This document shows positions 53,188 to 64,000 of a stretch of 64,000 nucleotides of DNA, piece after piece. The notes under the pieces were generated by a model, which saw only the letters and a program-made list of their open reading frames with translations, had not been told where the DNA came from and ran no database searches. Location: positions 1 through 64,000 of the IMG/VR virus record IMGVR_UViG_3300042294_004068. The stretch is one strand, 5' to 3'. Position 1 is the first letter of the stretch. Every line of letters starts with the position of its first letter. This stretch comes from a virus. Both the position numbers and the translations under genes were made by a program.

Positions 53188-54111
53188 ATGCTGATATCTA
53201 CCCATGCAATGCATGCGACCCTGCCAGTAGCTTTTTTACCTACTAGCTGGTCACTTGTTCCTACCAGTTCTTTTGGCTCTACCAACATTAATTCAATTGC
53301 TACAAATGGCATGGGGCAATTTGTAGCAGTCGGTAGTTCTGGAAAACTTGCCACATCTAACGATGTTTCAACTAGTTGGACCCAGAGAACTTCTGGTTTT
53401 GCTGGTAGCAATATTTATGCAGTGGCATATGGAGACGATATTTATGTTGTTGGAGGAAGTTCTGGAAAACTTGCTACATCAACTGATGGAATAAACTGGA
53501 CACTACGTTCATCTTCTTTTGGTGCTAGTGCAATCTTGGGAATCACATACTCTCAAGCGGCAGGTTTGTGGATTGCTGTAGGTGGTTCTGGAAAGTTAGC
53601 TACCTCTATTGATGGAATTGATTGGACTCAAAGACTTTCTTCTTTTGGGACTTCTTTTATAAACAACGTTTATTCTGACGCAAATCTTATTATTGCTGTT
53701 GGATATGATGGAAAACTTGCAACATCAACAAATGGGGTTAGTTGGACTCAACGCGGGTCATCTTTTATATCAAGCACAATTTTTTCAGTTGTAGGAAATC
53801 CAGCAAGAGACAAGTACATTGCCGTTGGAGACTCAGGAAAAATTGCTAGTTCTACTAATGGTCTTACATGGATTCAGTCTTTCCCAGCAAGTAGTTTCGG
53901 ATCTTCTCAGATTAGGTCAGTCGCAGCAAATAGTGAGAACTACTATCTAGCTGGAGGAACTGCAGGAAAAGTTGCTACCTCAACGGATTCTATTCAATGG
54001 ATTCAAAGAAATTCTGGTGTAGGCATATCCAACGTAAATGATGTTTATTTCGACGAGTCTTTAGCCATTGTTGTTGGAAACGGTGGCAAAATTGCTTACT
54101 CAGGAGGGTAA
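53188..54111 (+). CDS. Beta-propeller repeat protein (virion accessory / receptor binding)
   Basis: Seven AVG.SGKLATS.DG..WT.R.S.F repeats. Confidence 0.75.
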   Translation: MLISTHAMHATLPVAFLPTSWSLVPTSSFGSTNINSIATNGMGQFVAVGSSGKLATSNDVSTSWTQRTSGFAGSNIYAVAYGDDIYVVGGSSGKLATSTDGINWTLRSSSFGASAILGITYSQAAGLWIAVGGSGKLATSIDGIDWTQRLSSFGTSFINNVYSDANLIIAVGYDGKLATSTNGVSWTQRGSSFISSTIFSVVGNPARDKYIAVGDSGKIASSTNGLTWIQSFPASSFGSSQIRSVAANSENYYLAGGTAGKVATSTDSIQWIQRNSGVGISNVNDVYFDESLAIVVGNGGKIAYSGG

Positions 54112-54113
54112 AG

Positions 54114-54290
54114 ATGTTTAGATACAACTTGACATATGACAATCCAAGAGGCCCTATGGTCGAGATTTTAGATGGTGCCAACGTGATTGACGAGAGTGGT
54201 CCGTGGGAGTCTATCGAGTCAGCCACTACTTGGGCAGAAGCATATGTGGGATTAAAAAATTCAAATGAATCAGAACCAGAAGTTGGATAG
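54114..54290 (+). CDS. 58-aa acidic protein, possible fibre chaperone (not in ORF track)
   Basis: AGGAGG SD; GPWESIESATTWA. Confidence 0.6.
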   Translation: MFRYNLTYDNPRGPMVEILDGANVIDESGPWESIESATTWAEAYVGLKNSNESEPEVG

Positions 54291-54338
54291 TAATTATCCA
54301 AGTAAAATAGATAGTTAGTCCAGAAAGGAGCAAGCAGA

Positions 54339-54989
54339 GTGGCAGCAATTGATTTTCCAACGCCCGTAGTAGTTGGAGAAGAGTTCACATCTGGCGGTCA
54401 AACCTGGGTCTGGACTGGACTAGTTTGGGAAGCTAAGCGTGTAACTCCAACAGGTCCTACTGGTCCACAAGGTATTCAGGGTCCTACTGGAGCTACAGGT
54501 CCACAAGGTGACACTGGTCCACAAGGTATTCAAGGTCCGACAGGCCCAGTATCAGATGTAGCTGGTCCTAGTGGTCCAATTGGTCCTACTGGTCCACAAG
54601 GACCTACAGGTCCACAGGGTTTGCAAGGAGACCAAGGTCCTCGCGGTTTTACTGGTCCAACTGGAGCAGATTCAAATGTTACAGGTCCTCAAGGTCCAAC
54701 AGGCCCTCGTGGTGTTACAGGTCCTACTGGTACTACAGGACCACAGTCTGAAGTTCCAGGTCCTACAGGTCCTACTGGCCCAGTCGGTAAGTTTACTGCT
54801 AGCCCAACTCAACCTGACTTGTTGACTGCCGTTAATGGTGATGCTTGGTTTGATACAAACACCGCTATTACTTATGTTTTTTACAACGGAGTTTTTATTG
54901 AGACTCAGGGTGGTTCAACAGGACCAGCTGGAGCAACAGGTCCTGTAGGTTCTTTTGCTGTTAGCACAAGCTGGTGGTTAGGTACGTAA
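54339..54989 (+). CDS. Short collagen-like fibre protein
   Basis: MAAIDFP N-domain, GXY runs. Confidence 0.8.
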   Translation: MAAIDFPTPVVVGEEFTSGGQTWVWTGLVWEAKRVTPTGPTGPQGIQGPTGATGPQGDTGPQGIQGPTGPVSDVAGPSGPIGPTGPQGPTGPQGLQGDQGPRGFTGPTGADSNVTGPQGPTGPRGVTGPTGTTGPQSEVPGPTGPTGPVGKFTASPTQPDLLTAVNGDAWFDTNTAITYVFYNGVFIETQGGSTGPAGATGPVGSFAVSTSWWLGT

Positions 54990-55083
54990 TAATGCAAAAC
55001 ACGAGCACTTTTTTAAAATCAAAGATTTGTAGCAGTGGTATTCTACTAACAGATCTCGTGTGTGGTGAGAGAGGTAATGAATA

Positions 55084-57768
55084 ATGCCCGGCTTTTTAGG
55101 TGGTAGCTCAGGCGGCTCAAGCGGTGTTGGTGGAGAAATTAACTTCCCAAAGGAGTTTATTGACCCAGTAACTAAACTTCGCGTATCCGAGCCTGAGAAC
55201 CTCATCGATACCGACTTTGAATATGGTCTTCAGCCTACTAAGTGGGAAACTGTTGAGCTCATCAACAACACTCCATCATTCTTTTCTAAGTCTGGTGACA
55301 CCACTATTCCCAACATTACTGCCATCACAACTAACGATGGCACACGTGAAATTACCGTCAGCACTGGCCTCCCACACGGGCTTGCGGTCGGTATTCCTAT
55401 TAACGTAACAGGAACAAAATCAATTACAGCCGATGGTGCATACATCATCAACTCTATTCCGAACCCAAATACTTTCACCTACCTATGTCGCGACGTTCAG
55501 CTAGGCAATAACTCTATTGAAGACCTTTACTCCTCAGTTATTACAGGCGAGTTTTTCCAAGGTTCGCAGCTGCGTCTAGCAGACGCCGCTGGTATTACAA
55601 CAGACGGTGAGTCAGTTTCAACACTTACTGTTACAACAGGTTCTACTCACGGTTTTTATGTTGACACTCCGTTCTATTTCTTGAACCTAAACTCAACTAT
55701 TTCGCAGGAATTCCCTGCAAATAACAACGAAGCTAAGTCTTTTGACGCTTCTAACTCTGCTGTAGCCCAAACATTTGACGGTTCTAACACTCTTTCTCAA
55801 ATCAATATTGATTGGTCTAACTCTGCAACTGTAGCTGGCGTTACTAGCACAGTTAATATGAATGCTCAAAACCTTGTGAACAACACTATTACTGTTGCTC
55901 ACGGCACAGAAAATTTTGCAAACAGAGCTGTTGGAACTCCGTTTTACTATGATGTTGTATCTGGAGGCGGATATTTTGCTACCAATCCTCGCGGCGTTGT
56001 CTTCCTAAAAACAGCAACTGCTCTAGGAACTTCTAGCTCTACCTTCCAAGTTTCAGCAGTTCCAGATGGTGATGTCATTGAAATCCCAACCACAATGACA
56101 GGAACTTTCCAGTTAGCTAACCAAGCACGTACTTTTGCTGGAAATAATACTAACTCTCTTACAGAAGTTGTAGTTGATATTGTTAAAGATACTCCAAAAG
56201 TTTTTGATGGTTCAAACAGCTCTGTTCAAATAGGTCAAGTAACTTCCTACAGCGGCTCCCTAGTAAACGTCACTTCAGCCCAAGCAATCCCTCTCGAGTG
56301 GTACTTCGGAGCTATGGTTTTCTACAACACCACTGGTACCGCTGCAAACGGTCTTACAAATAACACCACTTATTTTATTGACTCTTTCTTCTCTACTGGC
56401 GGACTTAACTACGCTTTCACTCTTAAACCTCTTCCAACTTCAGCAACAATTACATCAATTTCTGGTGGAACTGGTACTCAAACATTTAAACAAATTGGTG
56501 TGTCTCCAGATAGAGATATCTTCCACGTAAAAGACCACGGATACTCTCGCTTTGACATGCTTCGCTATGTTTCACCTGAAAACGGTGCTTTTACAGTAGT
56601 TGACTCATCTCAAGTCAAAAATTTCTACTTTGTAGCTACAGTTATTGACCAACACAACTTCACTTTGAATCAGACCGTTGGTGAGCTAAGCCCACTAACT
56701 ATCTCAAGATCAGGCTTTTCTAGATACGCAATTACTCCAACAACCGTGACGCCTATAGGTATGACTGCCCCTATTACTTATGCAGTTACAAGCGGAACTC
56801 TTCCATCAGGTCTGTCTCTCAACCCTTCAACTGGAGTTGTTTCTGGAACTCCTACAGAAAATATTGCAGTCCCAGGACGTCAAGTTATTATTACTGGTAC
56901 AGACGTAGACGGCATTTCTGCATTCCAAGTACATACATATCAGTTTGATCAACCTCCTGCTTTGTACTCATTCTCAAGCGTTACATTCACACCAGGTGGT
57001 GCTGGTGGTACAGGTGGTCCTAACCTATCTCAAGCTCGCTCGGGTGCGGGCAACCCTTCATGGGGTAATACTTATATCAACATGCCAGGCAACACTGGAA
57101 CAATTGTTTGGACTGTCCCTGAGGTTGCAACATACCGAGTAGAAGCTTATGGAGCAGCTGGTGGTTGGTCCAACGGTTGGGGTGCTCGTGGTGGCTATGG
57201 AACTCGTATGCGTGGAGACTTTAACTGGAGTCTCGGCGATGAAATTAAAATTGTTGTAGGTCAAGCTGGCTCTAATGATGGTTCTACTGGTGCTGGTGGT
57301 GGTGGAAGTTTTGTTGCTCGTCGCTCAGATAACCTTCCATACTTAGTTGCTGGCGGTGGCGGTGGAGCGGGCGCTGGCTGGTACGGATATTCTGACGCAA
57401 CTACTGGTGAATCTTCCCGAGGATCTAACTCATTTGGTGGAGCAGGTGGCGGTAACGGTGGTAACGGCGAGTCTCATGGTGGAGGCGGCGGTTTCTATGG
57501 GAACGGCGGCGGCTGGGCAGGACCTGGCACATCATTCGTAAATGGTGCATACGGCGGCTCTTACTCAAACGCTGGTGGTTTTGGTGGCGGTGGTGCTAAC
57601 CGCGGTTGGGCTGGCGGTTCTGGCGGTGGCGGTGGTTACGCTGGTGGACCAAGTTCTTGGTGGTCATCTGCTGGTGGTGGAGCAGGTTCATACAATGCTG
57701 GTGCTAACCGTAGTGATTCGGAAGTTGCCAGTGGCGGTAACGGTCAAGTTTCAATTACGAGACTGTAG
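55084..57768 (+). CDS. Large virion protein with HG..G repeats, Ig-like and Gly-rich domains
   Basis: LRVSEPENLIDTDFEYG; GTLPSGLSLN...GTP; Gly-rich C-terminus. Confidence 0.8.
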   Translation: MPGFLGGSSGGSSGVGGEINFPKEFIDPVTKLRVSEPENLIDTDFEYGLQPTKWETVELINNTPSFFSKSGDTTIPNITAITTNDGTREITVSTGLPHGLAVGIPINVTGTKSITADGAYIINSIPNPNTFTYLCRDVQLGNNSIEDLYSSVITGEFFQGSQLRLADAAGITTDGESVSTLTVTTGSTHGFYVDTPFYFLNLNSTISQEFPANNNEAKSFDASNSAVAQTFDGSNTLSQINIDWSNSATVAGVTSTVNMNAQNLVNNTITVAHGTENFANRAVGTPFYYDVVSGGGYFATNPRGVVFLKTATALGTSSSTFQVSAVPDGDVIEIPTTMTGTFQLANQARTFAGNNTNSLTEVVVDIVKDTPKVFDGSNSSVQIGQVTSYSGSLVNVTSAQAIPLEWYFGAMVFYNTTGTAANGLTNNTTYFIDSFFSTGGLNYAFTLKPLPTSATITSISGGTGTQTFKQIGVSPDRDIFHVKDHGYSRFDMLRYVSPENGAFTVVDSSQVKNFYFVATVIDQHNFTLNQTVGELSPLTISRSGFSRYAITPTTVTPIGMTAPITYAVTSGTLPSGLSLNPSTGVVSGTPTENIAVPGRQVIITGTDVDGISAFQVHTYQFDQPPALYSFSSVTFTPGGAGGTGGPNLSQARSGAGNPSWGNTYINMPGNTGTIVWTVPEVATYRVEAYGAAGGWSNGWGARGGYGTRMRGDFNWSLGDEIKIVVGQAGSNDGSTGAGGGGSFVARRSDNLPYLVAGGGGGAGAGWYGYSDATTGESSRGSNSFGGAGGGNGGNGESHGGGGGFYGNGGGWAGPGTSFVNGAYGGSYSNAGGFGGGGANRGWAGGSGGGGGYAGGPSSWWSSAGGGAGSYNAGANRSDSEVASGGNGQVSITRL

Positions 57769-57785
57769 GAAAGAGGATAATATAA

Positions 57786-60700
57786 ATGCCAATTAACGTA
57801 ACAGCTGCTGGTGCTGTTGGTACTCACTCTTTTTCTAGAGTAAACGTGAATCTTGATGAAGATTTCATCTACTTTAAGAATACAGCCCCGAACGTTATCC
57901 CAGCTGCCCTAGCTCCTGGAGTAGCATTTTTGTATACATCTGGTGTTGGGTCAGTTACAGGATTTACCGAGAATGGTCTTGTTTATGTAACTACAACTCA
58001 ACCAAAAAAACTACAATTTAGTGCAACTTTTAATGGCTCAGCACTCAATCTTACTGATAGCGCAGCTGGTTCAATTAAGTTTAATACTCCAATTGTTTAC
58101 GCAAATAAGCTAAATATTGACGCATCAACACCAACAAATCAAGCAGTGAAGTATTACACAAACGGAACTCCTTTAGTTGGCTTGACTAGTGGAGATACAT
58201 ACTTCTTAAAGAACGTATCAATTTCTGAGTTTGCTGGTTCACAGGCACTTTATGCCTTTACTAGCCACACCTTTACAACCTGTGGAAAGACTGGTCGTGT
58301 TGGACCTACTCAAACAGAAATGCGTAACTTTTATAATACAACTTGGGACGATCAATATATTTCTCAGGGTTCATTTGTCGGTTATCAAGACTGGACAGTT
58401 CCTGTATCTGGTATTTACAGCTTTAACGTTCGTGGTGCTTCTGGTTTTGATGGTAACGGATCTGGTGGTGTAGGCCGCGGAGCTGTTGTTGAAGGACGTA
58501 TTGCTTTAACTAAAGGTGAAGTTATTACAATCGCCGTTGGTCAACGTGGTGAGCAAGGTGGAAGTGCTACATGGGGTGGCTCTGGTGGTGGAACATTCGT
58601 TGTTCGTAAAACTGGTAACGAGCCTTTGTTTGTCGCTGGTGGTGGTTCTGCTGAATCAAACTCTGGTGCTGGACGAGATGGTGTTCTTACAAGACTTGGT
58701 GGTACATCTACCAATGGTCAGCAAGCTGGCGGTAGTGTTGGTTTTGGTGGTCGTGCGCAAAGCCCTCTTGGTTACTCTGCTGCTGGTGGAGGTTTCTTCT
58801 CTCGCGGACAGAACGGTAGCTTTGGCTCAGAACCAACATTTGGTGGTGGTTCATTCCTAGACGGTCTAACCATGGGAACTAACATTCGTACTGGTGGTTA
58901 TGGTGGTTTTGGTGGCGGTGGTCAATCTGACGGCAACCGTGTAGGTCAGTCTGGTGGTGGCGGTGGCTACTCTGGTGGTGGCGGTGCTCGTTCTACAACA
59001 GCCAACCAGTCTGGTGGTGGTGGTGGCTCATTCATCGTAGCTACTGCTACAAATGTTGGAACTTCTACAGGTATCTTTGACGGAGCAAACACATTTAATG
59101 GTTCTCCAATTTCAAACCTTTCTACATATAACACAGGTGAAGGTCAAGTTACAGTATCACTAGTTTCTAGCTTTACAACTGGTAACAGTATTCACCCAAC
59201 AGCACAGGATGCAGAAAACGGTACAAATGCAATTGCCATTGCACCAGCTGGTTCTTCATACCACGCTTTTGTGCCAATCAGCTTAGACATTCAAAATGAT
59301 CAAATTCATAGTGCTGCTCCACACACTCTTACAAATGGTGAAGCAGTTCAAGTAAATTTCAATGGAGTTCCTCCAGTTGGAATAACAAATGGATCAATTT
59401 ATTACATAAACACAGTCAGTGCGTTTAGCTACCGATTGAGCACTACTCCTGCACCATCGTTTACAAATATTAACTTAACTGCTCCATCTTCTCGAGAAGT
59501 CGCAACAACTGCTAAGTTGAGTCGTGTTGTTGTAAACACAGCTACTGACACTTTGACTATTAATAACCACGGATTCTTAGTAGACCAACCTCTACGTTAC
59601 AACGTTGGTGATGGAACAGCTATCGTTCCTCTTATTGATCAAGCTACATACTATGTATCTGAAGTTATCAATGCTAACCAAATTAGGTTGAAGTCTTCTT
59701 TGAACTCTCCTACTTACATTAATTTCACTAATACTGGTACTGGTACTGGTCACAGCTTTATCTTCTTGACTGTTAACGCTCTTGAAGATACTCTCTACAT
59801 TCCTAACCACGGCCTTGTATCTGGTCAAGCAATCCGCTATTCAAAGGGTGGTTCTGGAAACGTTGTCATCCCAGGTTTGACTGATAACAACACCTATTAC
59901 ATTGTTAAAGTTGACAACAGCATTGTGCGCCTTGCTACAAACAAAGCATTAAGCATTATTGCAAATATCACTAACCAAGATCCATGGCCAGCAACTGGTA
60001 CTCATTCGCTGTTTATTACATCGCTTGATTACACAACTGACACAATCACTCTTCCAAGTCACGGATTCTTGCAGGGAGAGCTTGTTGAATATGACTCAAA
60101 GGGTCAGACAGTTGTCAATGGTTTGACTACTGCTACTCCATACTACGTAATTTTCGTAGATGGAGATAACATCAAACTTGCTACAACTCCAGAAAATGCT
60201 GATGCAGGTACAGCTGTTGATCTAACAGCGAGCCCAGCAGGTGTTGGACGTCATACTTTACGTTCTTTGTCAAAGACTCCAGATGGTATTTACACCATCA
60301 CTTCTACACCTTCTCCTCAGACATTTACTGTCGAGGCAGCAGGTAACGTTCCAATTATTACAAAGGTGTTTAACCCAAGAGGCACAATCGACCTTGAGCT
60401 AAATACTTTCTTTATTCCTTCTCACGGTTTTACAACTGGAACAAAAGTCACATATGAGCAAGGAGATGCTGCAACTGATATTGCTGGTTTGACAAACAAC
60501 ACTGATTATTATGTTGTTGCAATCAACCGTGACTATCTACGTCTAGCAACTTCAGCAGAAAATGCTGCAGCTGGTATTACTCTTAACATCAGCGACCACG
60601 GTACTGGTGTTGGTCACAAGCTTATTACTGACCAAATCAACGGTAACGTAACTGGTTCAGGAACCGTATCTGTTTCATCTGGTTCTGTTCTTGTTAACGG

Positions 60701-63700
60701 TTCTGGTACTGCGTTCTCGAAGATTCTAAAAGTGGGAGACCGTTTCCGTCTATTCCCACCTAACGTAACTAAGCAGCATGGAACTATGGTTTTTGCTGCT
60801 GCAGATGTAAACACAGCTACAAACTTGATTACAAAGAGCAACACCTTCACTACAGGAACACAAGTTGTGTTCTCTGCTGGTGGTGGAACTGCGCCAGCTC
60901 CTCTAGTAGAAGGAGCTACCTACTTTGTAAGAGCAGTTAGCGCTGGGTCTACTATGACTCTTCACCCAACATCAACTGATGCTACTAACAATACAAACGT
61001 TATTGACCTCACAACAGTTGGTACTGGAAGTAATTTCTCTATATCTAGCACAGTAAAAACATTTGCTGATGCTGATGTGAATACAACTAACAACAGAATT
61101 GTTGACACTCACAATTTTGTCACTGGTGATGTTGTTAAGTTTGCAGCAAATGGTGGTGTACCACCAACACCTCTAGTTGATGGTTACTACTACTATGTTC
61201 GTGCAGTTTCTAACACAGAAATTACTCTGCACACTACATTGAACGATGCTCAAAATAACCTTCAGGCTCTTGACTTCAGTACACAAGGTACTGGTACAGG
61301 GTTCACTCTTACAAACACTGTTCCAGTAGGTCCAATCATTCGTCGTATCACCGCGATTGGTGGAGATACTCAGATTACAGTGGACCGTCCGTATGCAAAC
61401 GCATATAGCGCTGTTTCTTACTCATATCCAACATTCGTCTATGTACGTCCTCAGGGCTACTCACTACACCGTCCATTCGATGGTGGCGTTGAGATGTCAG
61501 TAGGTGCTAAGACATCGTTTGGTCAGATTGTTCGTCAGACTCGTAAGTACTTCCGTTACCAATCAGGTAAGGGTATTCAGTCTTCTTGCGGTGTTAACTT
61601 CCAGCCTTCAATTGACCTTGAGAGTATGAGACAGTTCAGCTCACTTACAGTTGAATGTAAGACTCGTCGCCCTCACGGACTTGTTTCTGGTCTCTTTATT
61701 GTAGTAAATGGTGCAGAAGATTCTTATGGAAATACAAGCACTGTTTACAACGGAGAGTTCCAAGTAACAGTTGTTGACCTAACAACATTCCGATTTACTT
61801 CTACACAACCGATTATTGAAAACCGTGCTTACGGATTCCCTCAGTTCTATGTTCGTGAGTGGTCAAACGGTGCTGTCCGTGAAGGTATGTTCGACTTCCA
61901 GAACGGTGCATACTTCGAGTTCGATGGTGAAGCTATCTACGCCGTACGTCGTTCATCTACTCAGCAGCTAGCAGGTACAGCAGCTGCTCTACAAGGCTCA
62001 GAGCTTATCTTTGGAACAAACACAGCGTTCCAAGCTCAGGTTGAAGTTGGTGACTTTATTGTTATGCGTGGTCAGTCTTATAGAATTACAGAGATTGAGT
62101 CAGATACACGTATGTCGATTCGTCCTGAGTATAAGGGTTCTTCTGGAACAGAGAAGGAATTCAATCCTCAGACTCAAGTCAATACAACCACTGACATCTT
62201 TACAATTATTGGTCATGGTTTTGCTGATCGTTTACCAGTTATCTACAACTCCATTGACGGCGAGCCTATTGGTGGAATGATTAACGGTCGTACATACTAT
62301 GTTGATTTGATTAACAACAACACCTTTAAACTTGTTGCTGACCCAGATTCTGAAATTAACGTAGATTTGTCTACTACAGGAACAACCACAGTCCACTCAT
62401 TTGTACCTGCTAAGTCAGGTATTGTTATGACAAAGACTGTAGATACCCGAGTTCCTCAAAGCCAGTGGAACATCGACGTTTGCGATGGTTCTGGTCCTAC
62501 AGGATATAACTTAGATATTTCTCGTATTCAGATGGCTTACATTGACTACTCTTGGTACGGTGCAGGTAAGATTCGCTTCGGTTTCAAGACTACAGACGGT
62601 CAAGTACAGTACGTTCACGAGTTTGTCCACAACAACAACTTGTTCGAGTCATACTTCCGTTCAGGTAACTTGCCAGCTCGTTATGAAGTTGTAACTTACG
62701 AGAACCCAACTTATATTCCTTACCTCTTCCACTGGGGTACTTCGGTCATCATGGATGGTCGTTTCGATGATGACAACGCGTACCTCTTCACTGGTTCAAG
62801 CCAGACTCTGCAGGTAACTGGAACAACCGCTAAGTCATTTGCTTCATCTGGTATCAACCTAACAACTGACTTGTTTACTGTACAGAGTCACGGTTTTGCA
62901 ACTGGTGATTTGCTACAGTTCCAGTCAATTGCTACTAACGGATTCCCAGGTAATAACCTTTTGAACCCAGCAACTCAGATTGTTGGTTCTAACACAAGAG
63001 CTAACCTGACTAACGATGCGTTGTATGGAGTTCTGGTCAATTCACCTAACTTGATTCACTTGACCCCACCTAACGTAACAATTAGCCGTGGAACTTCATA
63101 TGCAATCAATCCTCAGACAATTACTAGTGCTCAAACTGGTACGACTGTAACTATCGTAACCACACAACCACACAACTTGAGTACTGGTATGTATGTCGGT
63201 GTATACGGCTCAACCCGTGTGCCAAATGGTCCGTTCTATGTGACAGTTACTAACTCAACTACATTCACATATCAGGCAACCAACGTTTCAACACCTGTGA
63301 CTGCACTAAATGATCCAGCTATCATCATCTCTGAGGTCATTAACTTCACTACCCAAGGAAACACCCAGTACACTTACTTCTTATATCCAAATGGCTCATT
63401 GAACAACACATCTGGTCCTAACTACCAGCCATTGTTATCAATTCGCCTCTCTCCTTCAGTATCTGAAGGTTTGACAGGTAAGCTTGGTGACCGAGACGTT
63501 ATCAACCGAATGCAGCTACGTTTGCAGGAAATTGGTGTGTCTACGACACAGTTGGTTGACTGTAAGGTTCTTCTAAATCCACGTCTAAACAACCTAAACT
63601 TCGTGGGTGTAGATACACCTTCCTTGACTCAGATTGTTGAGCACACAGCTCAGGACACAGTGTCTGGTGGAGTTCAGGTTTACAACTTCCGTGCTGCTGG

Positions 63701-63890
63701 TGGTGCTAGCGGTGCTGAAGACACCACTGTGGTAGATGTTTCAAGCCTGTTTGAGTTGTCAAACTCTATTCTTGGTGGAGACTCAATTTTCCCAGATGGT
63801 CCAGACATCTTGACAATTGCAGTATCTAGATTGACTGGTAACGCTACACTAACCTCAGCGAAGATGTCATGGGCAGAAGCTCAGGCGTAG
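57786..63890 (+). CDS. Giant virion protein (2034 aa) with Gly-rich domain and many HG..G..V.Y...YYV repeats
   Basis: Repeat modules plus core motifs shared with 16881..18137. Confidence 0.8.
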   Translation: MPINVTAAGAVGTHSFSRVNVNLDEDFIYFKNTAPNVIPAALAPGVAFLYTSGVGSVTGFTENGLVYVTTTQPKKLQFSATFNGSALNLTDSAAGSIKFNTPIVYANKLNIDASTPTNQAVKYYTNGTPLVGLTSGDTYFLKNVSISEFAGSQALYAFTSHTFTTCGKTGRVGPTQTEMRNFYNTTWDDQYISQGSFVGYQDWTVPVSGIYSFNVRGASGFDGNGSGGVGRGAVVEGRIALTKGEVITIAVGQRGEQGGSATWGGSGGGTFVVRKTGNEPLFVAGGGSAESNSGAGRDGVLTRLGGTSTNGQQAGGSVGFGGRAQSPLGYSAAGGGFFSRGQNGSFGSEPTFGGGSFLDGLTMGTNIRTGGYGGFGGGGQSDGNRVGQSGGGGGYSGGGGARSTTANQSGGGGGSFIVATATNVGTSTGIFDGANTFNGSPISNLSTYNTGEGQVTVSLVSSFTTGNSIHPTAQDAENGTNAIAIAPAGSSYHAFVPISLDIQNDQIHSAAPHTLTNGEAVQVNFNGVPPVGITNGSIYYINTVSAFSYRLSTTPAPSFTNINLTAPSSREVATTAKLSRVVVNTATDTLTINNHGFLVDQPLRYNVGDGTAIVPLIDQATYYVSEVINANQIRLKSSLNSPTYINFTNTGTGTGHSFIFLTVNALEDTLYIPNHGLVSGQAIRYSKGGSGNVVIPGLTDNNTYYIVKVDNSIVRLATNKALSIIANITNQDPWPATGTHSLFITSLDYTTDTITLPSHGFLQGELVEYDSKGQTVVNGLTTATPYYVIFVDGDNIKLATTPENADAGTAVDLTASPAGVGRHTLRSLSKTPDGIYTITSTPSPQTFTVEAAGNVPIITKVFNPRGTIDLELNTFFIPSHGFTTGTKVTYEQGDAATDIAGLTNNTDYYVVAINRDYLRLATSAENAAAGITLNISDHGTGVGHKLITDQINGNVTGSGTVSVSSGSVLVNGSGTAFSKILKVGDRFRLFPPNVTKQHGTMVFAAADVNTATNLITKSNTFTTGTQVVFSAGGGTAPAPLVEGATYFVRAVSAGSTMTLHPTSTDATNNTNVIDLTTVGTGSNFSISSTVKTFADADVNTTNNRIVDTHNFVTGDVVKFAANGGVPPTPLVDGYYYYVRAVSNTEITLHTTLNDAQNNLQALDFSTQGTGTGFTLTNTVPVGPIIRRITAIGGDTQITVDRPYANAYSAVSYSYPTFVYVRPQGYSLHRPFDGGVEMSVGAKTSFGQIVRQTRKYFRYQSGKGIQSSCGVNFQPSIDLESMRQFSSLTVECKTRRPHGLVSGLFIVVNGAEDSYGNTSTVYNGEFQVTVVDLTTFRFTSTQPIIENRAYGFPQFYVREWSNGAVREGMFDFQNGAYFEFDGEAIYAVRRSSTQQLAGTAAALQGSELIFGTNTAFQAQVEVGDFIVMRGQSYRITEIESDTRMSIRPEYKGSSGTEKEFNPQTQVNTTTDIFTIIGHGFADRLPVIYNSIDGEPIGGMINGRTYYVDLINNNTFKLVADPDSEINVDLSTTGTTTVHSFVPAKSGIVMTKTVDTRVPQSQWNIDVCDGSGPTGYNLDISRIQMAYIDYSWYGAGKIRFGFKTTDGQVQYVHEFVHNNNLFESYFRSGNLPARYEVVTYENPTYIPYLFHWGTSVIMDGRFDDDNAYLFTGSSQTLQVTGTTAKSFASSGINLTTDLFTVQSHGFATGDLLQFQSIATNGFPGNNLLNPATQIVGSNTRANLTNDALYGVLVNSPNLIHLTPPNVTISRGTSYAINPQTITSAQTGTTVTIVTTQPHNLSTGMYVGVYGSTRVPNGPFYVTVTNSTTFTYQATNVSTPVTALNDPAIIISEVINFTTQGNTQYTYFLYPNGSLNNTSGPNYQPLLSIRLSPSVSEGLTGKLGDRDVINRMQLRLQEIGVSTTQLVDCKVLLNPRLNNLNFVGVDTPSLTQIVEHTAQDTVSGGVQVYNFRAAGGASGAEDTTVVDVSSLFELSNSILGGDSIFPDGPDILTIAVSRLTGNATLTSAKMSWAEAQA

Positions 63891-63899
63891 GAGAGACAC

Positions 63900-64000
63900 A
63901 TGCCAATTCAGCGACTTGGGATTCAGAACCCAACGGGTAATACTGATACTGTTCTTGCTACATTTTCTGAAGCGCACCTTGTTTCAGTAATTATTGCCAA
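63900..64000 (+). CDS. Start of next structural gene (truncated by window)
   Basis: AGGAG SD; MPIQRLGIQNP, open to window end. Confidence 0.65.
   Translation, partial: MPIQRLGIQNPTGNTDTVLATFSEAHLVSVIIA

Noticed and set aside
55084-63890. Diversity-generating retroelement targeting fibres
   Set aside because: No reverse transcriptase and no adenine-specific TR/VR pair seen

Overview
A 64-kb segment of a large tailed dsDNA phage (Caudoviricetes), most likely infecting freshwater Actinobacteria. Host clues are DUF3039, NrdH, actinophage-type holin and membrane genes, leaderless promoters, GACAC boxes and a CRP/GlxR box. Bases 1-33.4 kb are an accessory/metabolic region: class II B12-dependent RNR (nrdJ) with nrdH, thyX, speD, a flavin-dependent halogenase, glycan-modifying enzymes, an ABC-ATPase/GNAT fusion, Dam, a CPA2 antiporter, four peptidoglycan hydrolases, tRNA-Thr/Gln, a serine recombinase and an iteron-rich candidate origin at 3.8-4.2 kb. 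Bases 33.5-44 kb carry a giant surface protein, TerL, a primase-helicase and a phosphoesterase; 44-64 kb carry collagen-like fibres and huge virion proteins. The best candidate for a new system is a translationally coupled cobalamin capture/activation operon (SCO2322/DUF4430-like surface protein, small His-tipped membrane peptide, PduO adenosyltransferase) that could supply AdoCbl to the phage's own NrdJ. Other highlights are a T4-like RBS-sequestering hairpin on an endolysin, a 23-bp repeat at gene starts, a perfect CRP box on an NlpC/P60 promoter, and 15 leaderless genes. All family calls come from motif recognition by eye; no searches were run.
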